Assembly (NCBI GenBank): GCA_051362555.1
Contig: CM120646.1
Span: 18,290,001-18,354,000 of the forward strand
Direction: 5' to 3'
DNA length: 64,000 bases
DNA from: Lingula anatina
Taxonomy: Eukaryota; Animalia; Brachiopoda
The notes below the pieces were generated by a model. It saw nothing but the letters and a program-made list of their open reading frames with translations, was not told the DNA's origin and did no database searches. Of this stretch, positions 1 to 12,276 are shown in pieces. Both the position numbers and the translations under genes were made by a program. The first letter of the stretch is position 1. Every line of letters starts with the position of its first letter.

Positions 1-24
1 AGTCTTCTATGTGTGAACAGAGCC
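1..24. mobile_element. possible right end of a PIF/Harbinger-like MITE truncated by the window edge
   Basis: GTGTGAACAGAGCC (11-24) resembles the TGTGAACA-type right ends of the fold-back elements at 42544-42804 and 51595-52016; the partner end would lie outside the window. Confidence 0.3.
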
Positions 25-2602
25 TCTGGAGTGGTCTGTATACAGACTACACACATTCCAGCTGTTGAAGGTTATATGTGTATGCAGACGGTTTACCTTA
101 TCACATTCCTACCAATCTATATGCATACCTCTTCCCTGGCCAGTCTCAGATTTCATTTCTTACATCATAATTAGTAATGAAGATCCACTCTCAGTATGTG
201 CCTTGGTCACTGCAGGCATTCATTTCTTACCTTAGGTTTCATGCCTTACCTTATAATTACTACTCAATAATCACTTTCTTTGTGTGTCCTCCTTTTATGA
301 TGAATTCATTTCCAACCTATCAATCTCTGTAGAGATCTGCTTTCTAGGTGTGCATTTCTCACTTGAGATTGGACAAATTATGTAATTCTCCATTTGTTGT
401 TAATATACAAGACATCATGTTCATCACTTCATCTTGATTACATTAAGGTGCTGGCTTATGGTCTGCAAACCATACATTGCATTTCCATTGTCTGTGTTCT
501 TCTCTCTTTACTCAACTTCTTGTGATTTTCTAGCTTTTAAATGCGCTACTTAAAATATGATTTCTTACCTTAAATTTTACCTTAATTACTTAAAATATGA
601 TTAGGTTTTCTAACCAGAGGAAGCCATTCTAATCCCTCCATTGTTCCATGCAACCTTGTTGTTATTAAAGGTGATTCATATGTATAGATCAGACTGGCTT
701 CTTAAGGTAAGAAATCATAATTCTATAACCTGCTGAAACAATACATATCAAAGTGAGTTGTCACGTGTCTATATAAAATATCTTTTAAATTTCCATTATT
801 TCTAGCATTCTTCCTACTTAGTTATTAAAGCAAAATAAAAGCCCTTACAGTTATCTTTGCCTCAAGAAAATTTCTCCAAGCTTGACATGTTCACTTTCAA
901 CCTTAATTAACTCTATAGAGGTCCTTGGATACCATTTGCTATTTCACTTAATGCCACAAATAACCAAAAGCCGTGGTAATCGGTTAATTAGTGCAAAATA
1001 AAAGAAGCCCCAGGAGCTAGAGCTGCCACAAGAAGATTTTTGCTGTAAGTTAACCCTTGGGCCAGCTCTGCTGTATAACTCATGGCTACAGATTTCTGGC
1101 TACCATTTCCCCTCTAGCTGGTTATCTTGGCTCAACTGGGCATGAAAAGATGTACATTAATAAAGTAATATTTTAGTAACATTTCTGAATACTCCATTGC
1201 ACTTATATGAGAGCTTTGAAATAAGGTTGAACTGTAGGCCAGAGGCATAAAATTATTCAAACTTAAGATTAGGACTAAAGATAAATGAATTTCGTAATGA
1301 TCTGGCTATCTGTATAGTAAGCAAAACTTTACCTAGTGAAATGACAAACCTTTCTTTAAGAGCAATCCTGCACAATGCCTACGATTCCCTTGTGATGACT
1401 CTTGCAAATATTCCTCAGTTAAAATCCACCACTGTAAATCATATATTCCAGTATTGTAAATCCAAGAGTGAAGTGAGCCTGCATCTATATGTCCACAGTT
1501 TTAGCAGTGTCCAGTTCTTCACTATAACCAGTGCATAAATCCAGTGCAGAGTATCCTTGTAATCACCTGCCTGCCTGTCAGACCAGTCCACTACTACTGA
1601 CTGGCTTCAGTGTACATGTGCCAGGTGCACACCTAATAGAAGTGAACAGGCACCAATCCTTCAGGGAGTCTGATAGCCATCTTAATTTGCTCTTCAATGT
1701 CACATGACCTCTCAATCTGGACCAATTAAAACCCACAGCCCCTCTAATTATGTGCTAGACCAGCTTTAATTATAGGGTTTAGATAAAAGAGTGACTAAGA
1801 AAAAAATATGGTGCTAATGAGGGGTTGGTTATAAACGACTGCCTCCAATAAGGTTGGTGACCTTAAAACTTATTTAATGGTTTTTATTGTATTGTTTGCT
1901 GAGTTCTAAGAGTTAGACTATTGTTATGGTGCTGGTTGATGAAGTGATTAGAGCAGTGACAGGAGTTATGAAAGTGGCAAGAGGGAGAAAATTAGCATTC
2001 TTGCTTAAAGGTTAGAAAATCAGGTGTGAAAAGTCACTTCGCACCTAACCTGAAAGAGTTTACAAAAGTGTGGGAGAAGGAAGGAGATAACAAACTTGGA
2101 ACAAAAAAGGTACTTTTTTCACTAAAGACTTTTCAGAAATATATTGTTTTTCATCACTGAAACAGTGCCCTGAAGCCACTGCATGTGACCAAATTTTCTT
2201 TCAAGTTTTCAATTTGATAAAATGTCCATTCAAAGCATCCGACATAACATGCTGTAACAACACCAGGTGGGAGATGGAAGAGAACGGAACTCTGAATGCA
2301 AGGCACTGCTCCAATAACATCACTGAACAATACCACACACATCAAACACACATATAAAACAAAGGAGTTCCACATAATACGCGGTAACAGAAACACTTGG
2401 CAAGTCACAAGAGGGATTCCTTTGGCATTATACACCACATAGCCATCCAGTGCTTGTAGTGAACCATTCATTGCAAATCATTCATCCTGCACAGTACAGA
2501 GAGCTCGGCATTAATCACAGCAATGCCACCTTCTAATCAACTGCTTCATTAATTTTGTTACCTAACAGAAGATATATGTTGTATATCTTATGCCAGACTG
2601 CT

Positions 2603-2770
2603 CAGGGGCGGATTTAGGCCGTCTTCTGGGTCTTCTGGAAGACGGTCAGATTTTAAAGTTTACATTGACGGGTATGTAATATTTTCTGTCGGAAGACGGT
2701 CAAAAATTGAGGACGAATTAACAAAGATAAATTGGAAGACTGTCAGAAAATATCTCTGGATCCGCCCCTG
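2603..2770. mobile_element. 168-bp MITE with CAGGGGCGGAT termini
   Basis: Left CAGGGGCGGATTTAG versus right reverse complement CAGGGGCGGATCCAG; three internal GGAAGAC(G/T)GTCA repeats (~2637, ~2691, ~2734); CTGCT directly repeated on both flanks; CpGs retained. Superfamily not assignable with confidence. Confidence 0.85.
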
Positions 2771-3698
2771 CTGCTGGTGAATCATTGAGGTTTAAGTAAG
2801 AGATAGCGTGAAATACAAGACTAATCCCTTAATTATCTATGATTTTAGATCTCTGTATCATATTTTTGACTGACTTAACCTCTCTCTTTCTTTAATAACA
2901 TTATTTTCACTAACTCTCAATATGACTTGCATTGTTTATGAACAATACACCAGGTTCTTCTAACATGCAATGCAACAGCAACAGTACTCAGTACTTTACA
3001 CTGTGGACTGTCATGTTACACAACCATGGTGAATGATTTAAGGGCAAGTTTTTCAGTTTAACATACTGGTAGTAATTAGACAGTTGCCATCACCTGCTTA
3101 GTTCTGCAAAATTTCAGAATATCTTTCTTTTTTCCTGACTTTTGTTTATTGTGAATAAATTCTCATAATCACAAAGATGATATATTCTAAATACATCTTT
3201 TTATTTCTGACTTACTCCATTAGTCAAAGACTGAAGGCGTACTCTGGAAAACTGAGACCTTTATGCAAATCAGATCATAAGTGGGATTTAATCCCAACTT
3301 GGGTATAAACTAACCCCAAACAGAAAAACTTCAAACCAATCTGATAAGTTACATCCACATGAGAAAAGGGATCAGATTTGCAAATTATAATCTTAATGCA
3401 GTCATAATGCTTCAATTTCAATCTCTAGAATCTAAATCCTTCAGTGGTCCAAAGTTGATAAGTTGACGCCCTTGAGAAAAAGAGTGCCTAATGTTTGCGA
3501 GTTTAAGATGGCGGCTACAAGCACATGAGCAGGTGCTCTCATTGTGTCCCATAGGTGAAAAAGGATTTACTATTTGATTAGAATTTTCACACTTGACTGT
3601 GAAGATTACCATGTGCTTTGTTTTTCTAATGAGATCTTGAACATTGTAAATACTGGACACATGTTGTTGTTGGCAACTTATCACCCAACGATAAGTTT

Positions 3699-3700
<2 letters not shown>

Positions 3701-3746
<46 letters not shown>

Positions 3747-3754
3747 GTGTGTGT
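3701..3754. repeat. (GT)n microsatellite
   Basis: Direct reading; explains the HTHT/CVCV ORFs at 3418-3895. Confidence 0.98.
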
Positions 3755-6686
3755 ACATATGCATGCATGCGTGTGGTCACAAAGAATTATCCTCTCCTGT
3801 TAAAAAAAGAATTACTGAACAAAAATGTCCTCACTCCCTTACTCTTCCTTCTAATATTTAAACTGCTGAGTAGGATTTTGGCATCCAGTCTGTGAAGAAT
3901 TAAACATTTTATTGGTCTAAGATCTGTCACACTGGCAATTAAAAACTCCAATTATTATGCTCCAGAGGATTATTCCTACTGTTAAAATGCCCTATTCTTT
4001 CATGGAATAAATGCTGCTTTTAAACAGAATAAAGGACTCAAATTAATTCAAGCTGTCTTTATGTACAGTATTTACTGATAACAAACAAAGTATACTATCT
4101 TAATCTCAACTAAATGATTTCTTTCTAATTTCTAATTATCAATCATTCGAAAATATTTCTCATATAAATAATGGAAATTGCATTAATTATTGGCTTTTAG
4201 TTCTGAGTATTATTATTTCAATCCATTCAATTGTATCAATCTACTTTTGACCATAGCACACCATTGTTAGGTTATTAGTAAATATTAACTTAATCATTAC
4301 TGACCTTCCCTTTAATTCACCTGTTCACGGGGCACATTGACATATTACAATGATTTTACAGAAAGTGACATATTGATAATTGAATTTTGTGACAATAATT
4401 CTGAAGTAAAGTTAATCTCATCACAAAAAGAACAATGGACAAGGTAAGGACTTAATTTGCCGACAGTAACTATAAAGAAAATCCAGCCACTTGTGACCTA
4501 ACAGCCTAGTCATGGAATTCTTTTGTCAGTAAACTGCAGTCTGGATTAAACCAAGTACATTTATATGATGTTGATTCCTATGTCTACATCTGTTTTGTGT
4601 GGTCTACAGAAAGCAAAAACACTACCAGAATTAACTCTGAAACAGTTGCAGAAGGTATGAAAGCATGGGGCATACAGGTAAGTTATAACAACATTCCCAA
4701 CAATAAGCCCTTTTCAGGGCCACCCGTTTGCATAAATATATTCAAAGTGACTTTCCCTCTAACACAAATATATACCGGAGACGGCATTTTGAATCAAAAC
4801 CAAAACCTAAATATTATTGGGGTTTCATAACAGTACTGGGAATAAATATACAAAAATATTATCAGACTAATGGGTAATAACATTAGTAAATATCAAGTGA
4901 TCTTAGATCAACAGAACCACGGTTTTCTCAGCTGCCTTCCGCCACGCTCCATCCTCAGTCCTGAAAGCTTCATTTTTGGTCAAATTTGGTCATGCCGCTA
5001 AGGGCTAATTATGTGGTCAGGTAAATGACTGACCAGTGAGTTGCTGATGCAGTTAACACCATACAGGATGGATAAAAGAAAAGAGGGCTGTCCATCAACT
5101 GAGAAATATACAGTTAATAACAATGGTCAGTTCTACCATTGTGATTAGTTTAAATGTGCATATTAAAAGATCAGCACATTTTATGATAATCATTCCTCTC
5201 AGGTGAAAGTAGTCTATTCCCTAAGCAAATCCAAACATTCTTTAAGCAACAGAGTGGCACTGTAGTCAATGGGGACAAAGCCTTTTTTTACAAAGCAAAT
5301 TTTAAGGTAGTATGATTTTGTCCAAATCGGAGCATAATCAAGGGTTTGTGGAATCACCCTTGTCTGGGTCACTCAGAGACCAATCACAATGTACCAAATG
5401 ACCACAAAGTCCATAATTCAAAGACAGCAGACGGTCTACCTGGACAGGTGTATTAACACTGGACAAAGCTGACCAACTGGCCACAAATGTCACCTGGGGC
5501 TAAACCTTACCTGTAAGACTACAGTTACAGCATGTTAAATATTAATGGGCCCTTGATCTGATCGACTAGTGCCACTTAGCTTGATAAACTTCTGGAGGGC
5601 TTTCCTCTGTGGATAAGTGTCCAGAAATGAGCTGAATAACCATAATTACCAGCTGGATGGTCACTTTGTCTTTCCTACAATTTACTACCCATTATGATGT
5701 CTATCAATTACAATATTAATTTCAACAAATTATTCTAACACAGAAAGTGTATAATTTGATAGTCTAAGATAAATCTGTTATTGGACGTCACAGTTATAAA
5801 CCAACACCTGTCAATCTGCCATGGGCTGCAGGCATTTTAGCATGGCTGACTTCATGTATTTATCTCAGGCATAATGATTTTGTCTCCTTTATGGTTGCAT
5901 TTATGTTTTTCAGGTTATAAGACTAACAAGCAACCACATTTTTTGAGGAAATCAGAGGAATACTTCTTTATAAAATGTGTATCATGAAGATCCAAGCAGG
6001 TCACATATTTGTATATATTTGGTAAATGTTAAATAGGGAATAATGAAACCAACAAGCCCAAGACTGACAAATAAATCCTCCCTAAAAGCCCACCAGACTG
6101 AAATATTGAATACACCATATTTTTTGGCAAGCTTTGGTCTCTCACAATGACAGATAAACCAATTTCTACTGGGATTTCCCAATTCCCTGTATGTATTCCA
6201 AGGTGATAACCAGTCATCCTCTGCAGTAATTTATCTCCAGAGAACTCGCCTGTGTCAATATCTGGTGAGGTGACCCAAGAAAAAAAGTGTCACCTCCATC
6301 TGTCAGCACGATGACAGACGCACAGACATCCAGGTGACCCTACTGTCACAGGGTCCTCCATGCAGGCACCACTGTTGTCAAATACAGAGTCAAACCATGT
6401 TAACTTGTAAGTGTTGCAAAACCACTCCCTGAGTCACTGTGGTAGGTGTAGAAAAATTCTGCCTTATAATATCACGTCATCTTATTAAAAATAAACCCCA
6501 AATCAACTTGCCATCCTTAATTCAAGTACTGAAAATATACTTTTCTAATTTCATGCTTGTAGGCTATTGATTTATCTTTGCAATCAACTCTCTATCTGGA
6601 CCAAAATTGAAGCAAGGTAATCAAATATTTTCTGTGTTGATCTCACTGATATCTGCATGAAAATTTAAAAATTGAATGAGACTTAC

Positions 6687-6818
6687 CTGTAAGTTGAAGT
6701 TCAATTGGAATTCTATTGAGCCATCAATAAGAACCAGTCAATCCAAGGACTAACTGGTTTGGGATCAAATATGGTGTGCACTTGACAATGGATTCCCTAC
6801 CTCCCACATCCACTGTCC
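6687..6818 (-). other. candidate non-coding exon (132 nt), acceptor inside a MITE
   Basis: Minus-strand acceptor tttaattcctctgcccctgcag|GGAC and consensus donor TACAG|gtaagt; stop codons in all three frames. Confidence 0.35.
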
Positions 6819-6923
6819 CTGCAGGGGCAGAGGAATTAAACCTCAGCATGCTTTCAAGTGGGTCGCACAATATTTGATCCGTGGACCAGTTAGTCCCCAG
6901 ATCAGCGGCTTTTGAACAGGCCC
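6718..6923. mobile_element. old fold-back MITE, Harbinger-like family A
   Basis: Inverted arms GGACTAACTGGTTTGGGATCAAATATGGTGTGCACTTGA (from 6747) / TCAAGTGGGTCGCACAATATTTGATCCGTGGACCAGTTAGTCC (to 6896); arms similar to those at 34744-34920 and 35280-35565. Confidence 0.75.
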
Positions 6924-7058
6924 TAGACATCACACTGCCTGCTTTTTAACCTATACTTAAGGCAATTTTTGCCTCTTTTGGCATCTTGTCATGCAGAACT
7001 TAATTCTTAATTTCTTGCCAAATACGAATGCTTGAAATGTATAATATGACTGTCAGAC

Positions 7059-7062
<4 letters not shown>

Positions 7063-7116
<54 letters not shown>
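7063..7116. repeat. (GA)n microsatellite
   Basis: Direct reading. Confidence 0.98.
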
Positions 7117-7119
<3 letters not shown>

Positions 7120-10100
7120 AACTATGCAATTTCAAAGAAACCAAATTAATTATAAAACAGAGTAACCTGTACTTACTGCACCTTCGTAAAAATGATATTC
7201 ATATGAACTGAAATAAATCCAACATGGAAGCAAATCACCCTTAGAAAGTACTACACAGCTGACAACGATATTGCAAACTGCATTCATTTCTTGTCAAATC
7301 CCAATGACCAATATCTTCCTGCAATAATAGCCTTCCTTGCTGCCTTAACTGAAGCATGATAAATTAATGACGGACAAATTGGCAAAATTGATTTTTTAAG
7401 CACTGCGATATGCTGGAAGCAAGGCTGAGGACTACACAATGTGTCTTGTGTAACAGAAATGGCTAAATCCATTCTCGCTTTAGTATGGGATGAATGGTAC
7501 TAGTAACACTAGACAAGTGTCGTTTGGAGTGGCCATGTTTGATTTGTGTGTTAAGCCAAGATCAATGGAAGCGAACTCCAACTAGGAAAACAACACAATT
7601 TACATTCCAAAGTGCCTTCCAGGCCTGTAACTTCTTCATTTTAAACATCAAGAGAAAGTGAACAATGCAATGCAATAGAACATATACTCTGAAAGGTTGG
7701 GCTTGGTCAGTGTCATATGATCTATTATTTAGAAATACATCAAATCTTCTGAACTATAGACTATGCTAGTAAACAGAAGCTAGATGGATTCTGTCACATA
7801 TGTTGCTTCTCATAAAACACAATTGCATGGGTTGAATCACATCTTTAAATGACAAATCCACAAAGCACCGATACACATTCTAAAATAAATGGAACTGCAA
7901 TGTTACTTTCTTGTTTCAACCACTGTGGAAAAATAAAAGCTAGATCCAACAAAAGAAATAAAAATATACAAAAAAAGTTTTTGGTTCACACATTTTAGCA
8001 TGTCTTTTTAACCCATGTCATTTCCTCTTTGATTCCAACACTGATGAAATTCCAAAAACTCACCATACCATGAGGTAACCTATACTTCTACTGTAAACAA
8101 TGAGACTCTGTAAAATACATCCAGTCAATGAGGGGGGACACATGTTTTGAAACTCCGCCTCAGACCTCTCACACTTACTTCCTGCCCTCTGTTCCTTCCA
8201 TTTGACAGCTTATACTTATATAGGGGTAATGTTTTTTATCCCTCTTACATACTCACTGGCATACTTATTTATAGTTACTAAATATCTGTCCCTTCACTGA
8301 TTATATTAAGATATTTATTGTTAGAATAAAGGTGATTGATTTCAACAATGGTATCAGCACTGTCACCTTTACCATCATTTTTAATCCATTTATCTTCTCT
8401 TTAAAATCTATTTATTTACTTGTTATTACCATTATCATCACTGATTATTATCATACTGAGTGTACTAGTAAGTATGGTAAACTTATAATCAGAAGAACAA
8501 GAAGAAATATGTATCCCTCTACATCAACCATTTTAGCATCTGCAACATCCATTTACCATAGACTGACTGAAAAATATCATCTGTACAATCTTAAACAAGG
8601 CAAGCGTTACAGCCACCCACACGCTGTAATTTACAGTAACATAATTCCTTCTGTCATCAATACATCCTCAAAAACTCCCACACTGATTCAAATGACTTGA
8701 GACACTTTATCAAAAACTCTTCCATTTTTTTCATCAACACCTACAATGCAGTGACCCTAGATTATGTGACAAGAATGTGTAATGCAATAACAATGTATCA
8801 CACAATGTAATGGATGACCCAGACTTTGCATCAAACTTGTGGTGGTCACAGTGATACATGTTCACAGTCAATTCTAATCAACAGTCTCCGCCTACACAAT
8901 ACTGTAGTGTTAACTGGTCTAGACACAATCACAAAATCAACAACAACAAAAAAGATGCAGATTTACAAAAACAGATCAATCACAGATCCCAGACATACAT
9001 AAAGATTGCCCATCATCATGACACTGGCTCTGAAACCAATTCCAATTTGAGATGACATTTGTATATGCTTTATGAAAATTGATGAGACTTTTAATATTGT
9101 AAACTCTCACATTGGCTTGGATGTAAGGGGACAATATCAGAGGTATCTTTTGTTTGTGTAAGATCTTAAATCATCCTAAATTGTATTTCATTCCCATTAA
9201 GCACGATGGCCCTGTGTCTGTTCAGTCCATGATGGCTACCATAACTGGCCATTGTGTTAAGAACTTCAAAGCTATGTGGTGATAAACAAACATCAAAATT
9301 TATTATTATAGATGGATTGCATTGACACCTGAGCCAATTGCTTTGAAATTATGTCAATGAATCTTTGGCCTTCTAAATATGTTATTTTTTTTACCATAAG
9401 TTCATGATCAATTTATACTAAATCAAGATGTAATATTTTTGCCTTTTGCTTATTTCCTTTGTTAATTTTTGCCTTTTGCTTATATCTTGTTATCTAACAC
9501 TATATTTCAGTAATAACAACACCAACCCCTTCACATTTACTAAATTACATTGTTTATTTTTATCCCCCTCTCCCTAAAAGCTCACAAAGTCTGATTAAAA
9601 AGCAATTCTGTGTCCAAAGTATAGAAAGTCAGAAAACACAGAAATAAGTAGATTACCGAAGGCTTCAAATTCTCTCAAGTCAGTCACAAGGACCTCATTT
9701 CAATACATCAAGGTGTTATTTTTAGACTGCTATTTCCCTCCACCTTAACAGGGGGGCTGAGGGGTAATTTGCCTTGAACTACCTTCAGGGAAATTAGGTA
9801 GGTAAGGAAAGTTTGGGATTGATCCTTTGTGTTGTTCTTTTTTTCAAACTGAAGAGCTAAGAGGGGGTTCCCCTCTGCTAAATGACATAACCCGCATTCA
9901 TTCATTGTTCCATCCTAGGGACAAGTATTTCTATAAATATAACATATAAATAAAACATTGCAGGGATTGTTATCACAGCATCACTCATACAGAAGATGTG
10001 GATATAAATGTCTGATTGCTTTTTCAAAGTGGAAGGGTTATATTTCTCTAAGGCCTACAATAATCAGAGAATGGCTGAACGGCTTTTTAATGTGCATGGA

Positions 10101-10259
10101 ACAAATAGAGACTTATAGACTCCCAGACACAGTTTTCAATCACATAAGATTACCTAATGGTTAAGTAATGGGTTGTCTAATGGAGAAAGTATTGCAATCT
10201 GACAGGTTTCCTATAATGCTATTCACTCCATTTCCTTTCCCATGCATTTCAATTTCTTA

Positions 10260-10507
10260 GACTGAGTTCCCATACTTAGATCGGTCCATTTGGATCGACC
10301 TAACTCCCTGGGGGTTCACGCTAAATTGCTGTCAGCTCAAGAGGCTTACATGTCTGTCATGCCTACCGAATCAGCTAGGGGGTAAAGATAGTTACCCCCT
10401 AACAGCTATACTAGGCATGACAGACATTTAAGCTGGTTACATTGATAGCAATTTAGTGAGACTCCCCAGGGAGATAGATCGATCCAAATATCTGTGGGAA
10501 TGGTCCC
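10260..10507. mobile_element. long fold-back MITE, Harbinger-like family B
   Basis: Palindromic over nearly its full length: TTTGGATCGACCTAACTCCCTGGGG/CCCCAGGGAGATAGATCGATCCAAA, ATGTCTGTCATGCCTA/TAGGCATGACAGACAT, TAGGGGGTAA/TTACCCCCTA; TTA on both flanks (10257-59, 10508-10), matching the TWA TSD of PIF/Harbinger. Confidence 0.85.
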
Positions 10508-12145
10508 TTAGACATTTCATTTTCTGAGATATACTGGCAATCATCATTCAGGATTAACACTGATGAAGAACATTCTTTGAATTTTCAATCTTTGAAGTCA
10601 TTTCAGTGACCCAATGATCATTCTCAGACTTGTCTGTACAACAACCTCTCATTTATCTTGTCCAAGGCACATAAACTTCAAACTGTATTTATTTAATTAA
10701 AAAAACTTTTACTTCTTATTAAAGATGTTATCACTTTCAAAATGTTTTAATTTCTTGTAAAAAACACAGTCATCCTCATACTTTCTGTACATCTACATTT
10801 GATGTTCATTTTTTAGGAACAAAAAATATACATTTAACATATATTCCAAGAAATACCTATGAAGGTTGCCATCTGAAGAGGCTCTTGAATGAGTCTATAA
10901 CAGCTTACCTGGGAGTCCCCTGTCAAGACAACCCTTGTCACTTCTTAACCCACCCATTATATTGAAAACAGGTAAAGATTACATTTATCTCACTTGGACC
11001 AAGTTGGTAATATTGATCATTTTCACGCTATATTTCAAAATCCCTTTCAGGGGCCATGGTGGCATGTCATAAAGGCCATCCACATGAATGAATACTTTGT
11101 GATTTTTAACCATACTTAATAGTGGCCCTTCACTGATGAGAGGGCCCTGTTAAGAGGATTGCAATCAGGTTATGATTGATCAGCTTTTTTCCCCTTTAAC
11201 TCTTCTCTATACTTAAAGCTGTCTGCATAACATTGCACACTTGTAAGAGATAAGCAACCCACTCCAACCAAGGCATAATCTTTGATCTGATGATACTATT
11301 TCAAAAATATTATGCTTGGATTTTGTAACCAATCGTTCAAGAGATTAGGGCTGAGATTGAGGTGATGTGTGGTTCCTTAGTATAGGAGGGGCAACAGAAC
11401 TTGGAACTTTTGGAATTTCCACTGCAGTTTTTGATGTGAAAGCCTTTAGAGTAGAGGTTTATCAAGTATGACTGATTAAATAGCTTGGCCACTTTCATTA
11501 AGGCCTTAGAAGCAAATTCAACTCATGATTACTCTGAAAATGGAAAACCCAGGTTATAAAATTATCGTCCATCGAAGTGGAAAATATGAGTAAGTTCAGC
11601 TTTCTCATACAGATCTGGATCGCTGTAGAAGAAATGGAACTGGGTTCAACCATTTTATTTTTGATTAAATTTGCCCAAAACTGCTTGCTCCTACTTATCC
11701 CTGTGGTTCAGATGATCACAGGAAACATGTTTTCATACCTTCATTACAAAAGACTCTCCTGGTCATCTCTTTGATGCGTTTTATAGGGTGAGACTGCAAT
11801 AGCCTTCAGGTGAATGATCTCTGGCCATCCTTATTATATTTTGGTCATCCTTCTGTCATAAAATCCATTAAGCTTATCCGCTTATTCTTAAATACTAAGT
11901 CTTTCAGTCAAAGTCCTTGGCAATTTCCCACAACCACAATTTTACATACCAGACAGACCCATTTTGGTATATACAAATTTATCCTTTACAGAAACAAAAA
12001 TGATTTCATGGATAAATTATCATAGTGAGCTTTTAAAAAATCATAAAACATTTCAAAACGGATAAAATGTCAGCTGGTTTCTCTATCCTTTTGATTCTGA
12101 ATTAAAGATAACTGAAATTTACACACATCAGTAAGCTCCCTGTAC

Positions 12146-12276
12146 CTCAAACATAGTTCACTTCCTTTGAAGAGCCCACAATAGAGACCCTATTCTTTCT
12201 GAATCAATTATCACAAAAACCAACACTAAGGCATCTGACTGTGGACGCATATATATGACTAGATACTTGGAATTTC
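12146..12276 (-). other. candidate non-coding exon (~131 nt)
   Basis: Strong minus-strand acceptor tcttcctttcttttgattttgcag|GAAA; only a weak donor (GAG|gtacag); stops in all frames. Confidence 0.3.

Noticed and set aside
1016-1073. Small hairpin containing GAGCTGCCA, the miR-22/745 seed region
   Set aside because: The match is on the 5' arm whereas this family matures from the 3' arm, similarity fades after the seed, and the stem is short and bulged
3264-3383. TGCAAATCAGATC / GATCAGATTTGCA inverted pair
   Set aside because: Only 12/13 bp with poor inner pairing and no TSD; may be a very old MITE but cannot be supported
3418-3895. ORFs of 64-120 aa
   Set aside because: Kept open by the (GT)n microsatellite; no protein-like content
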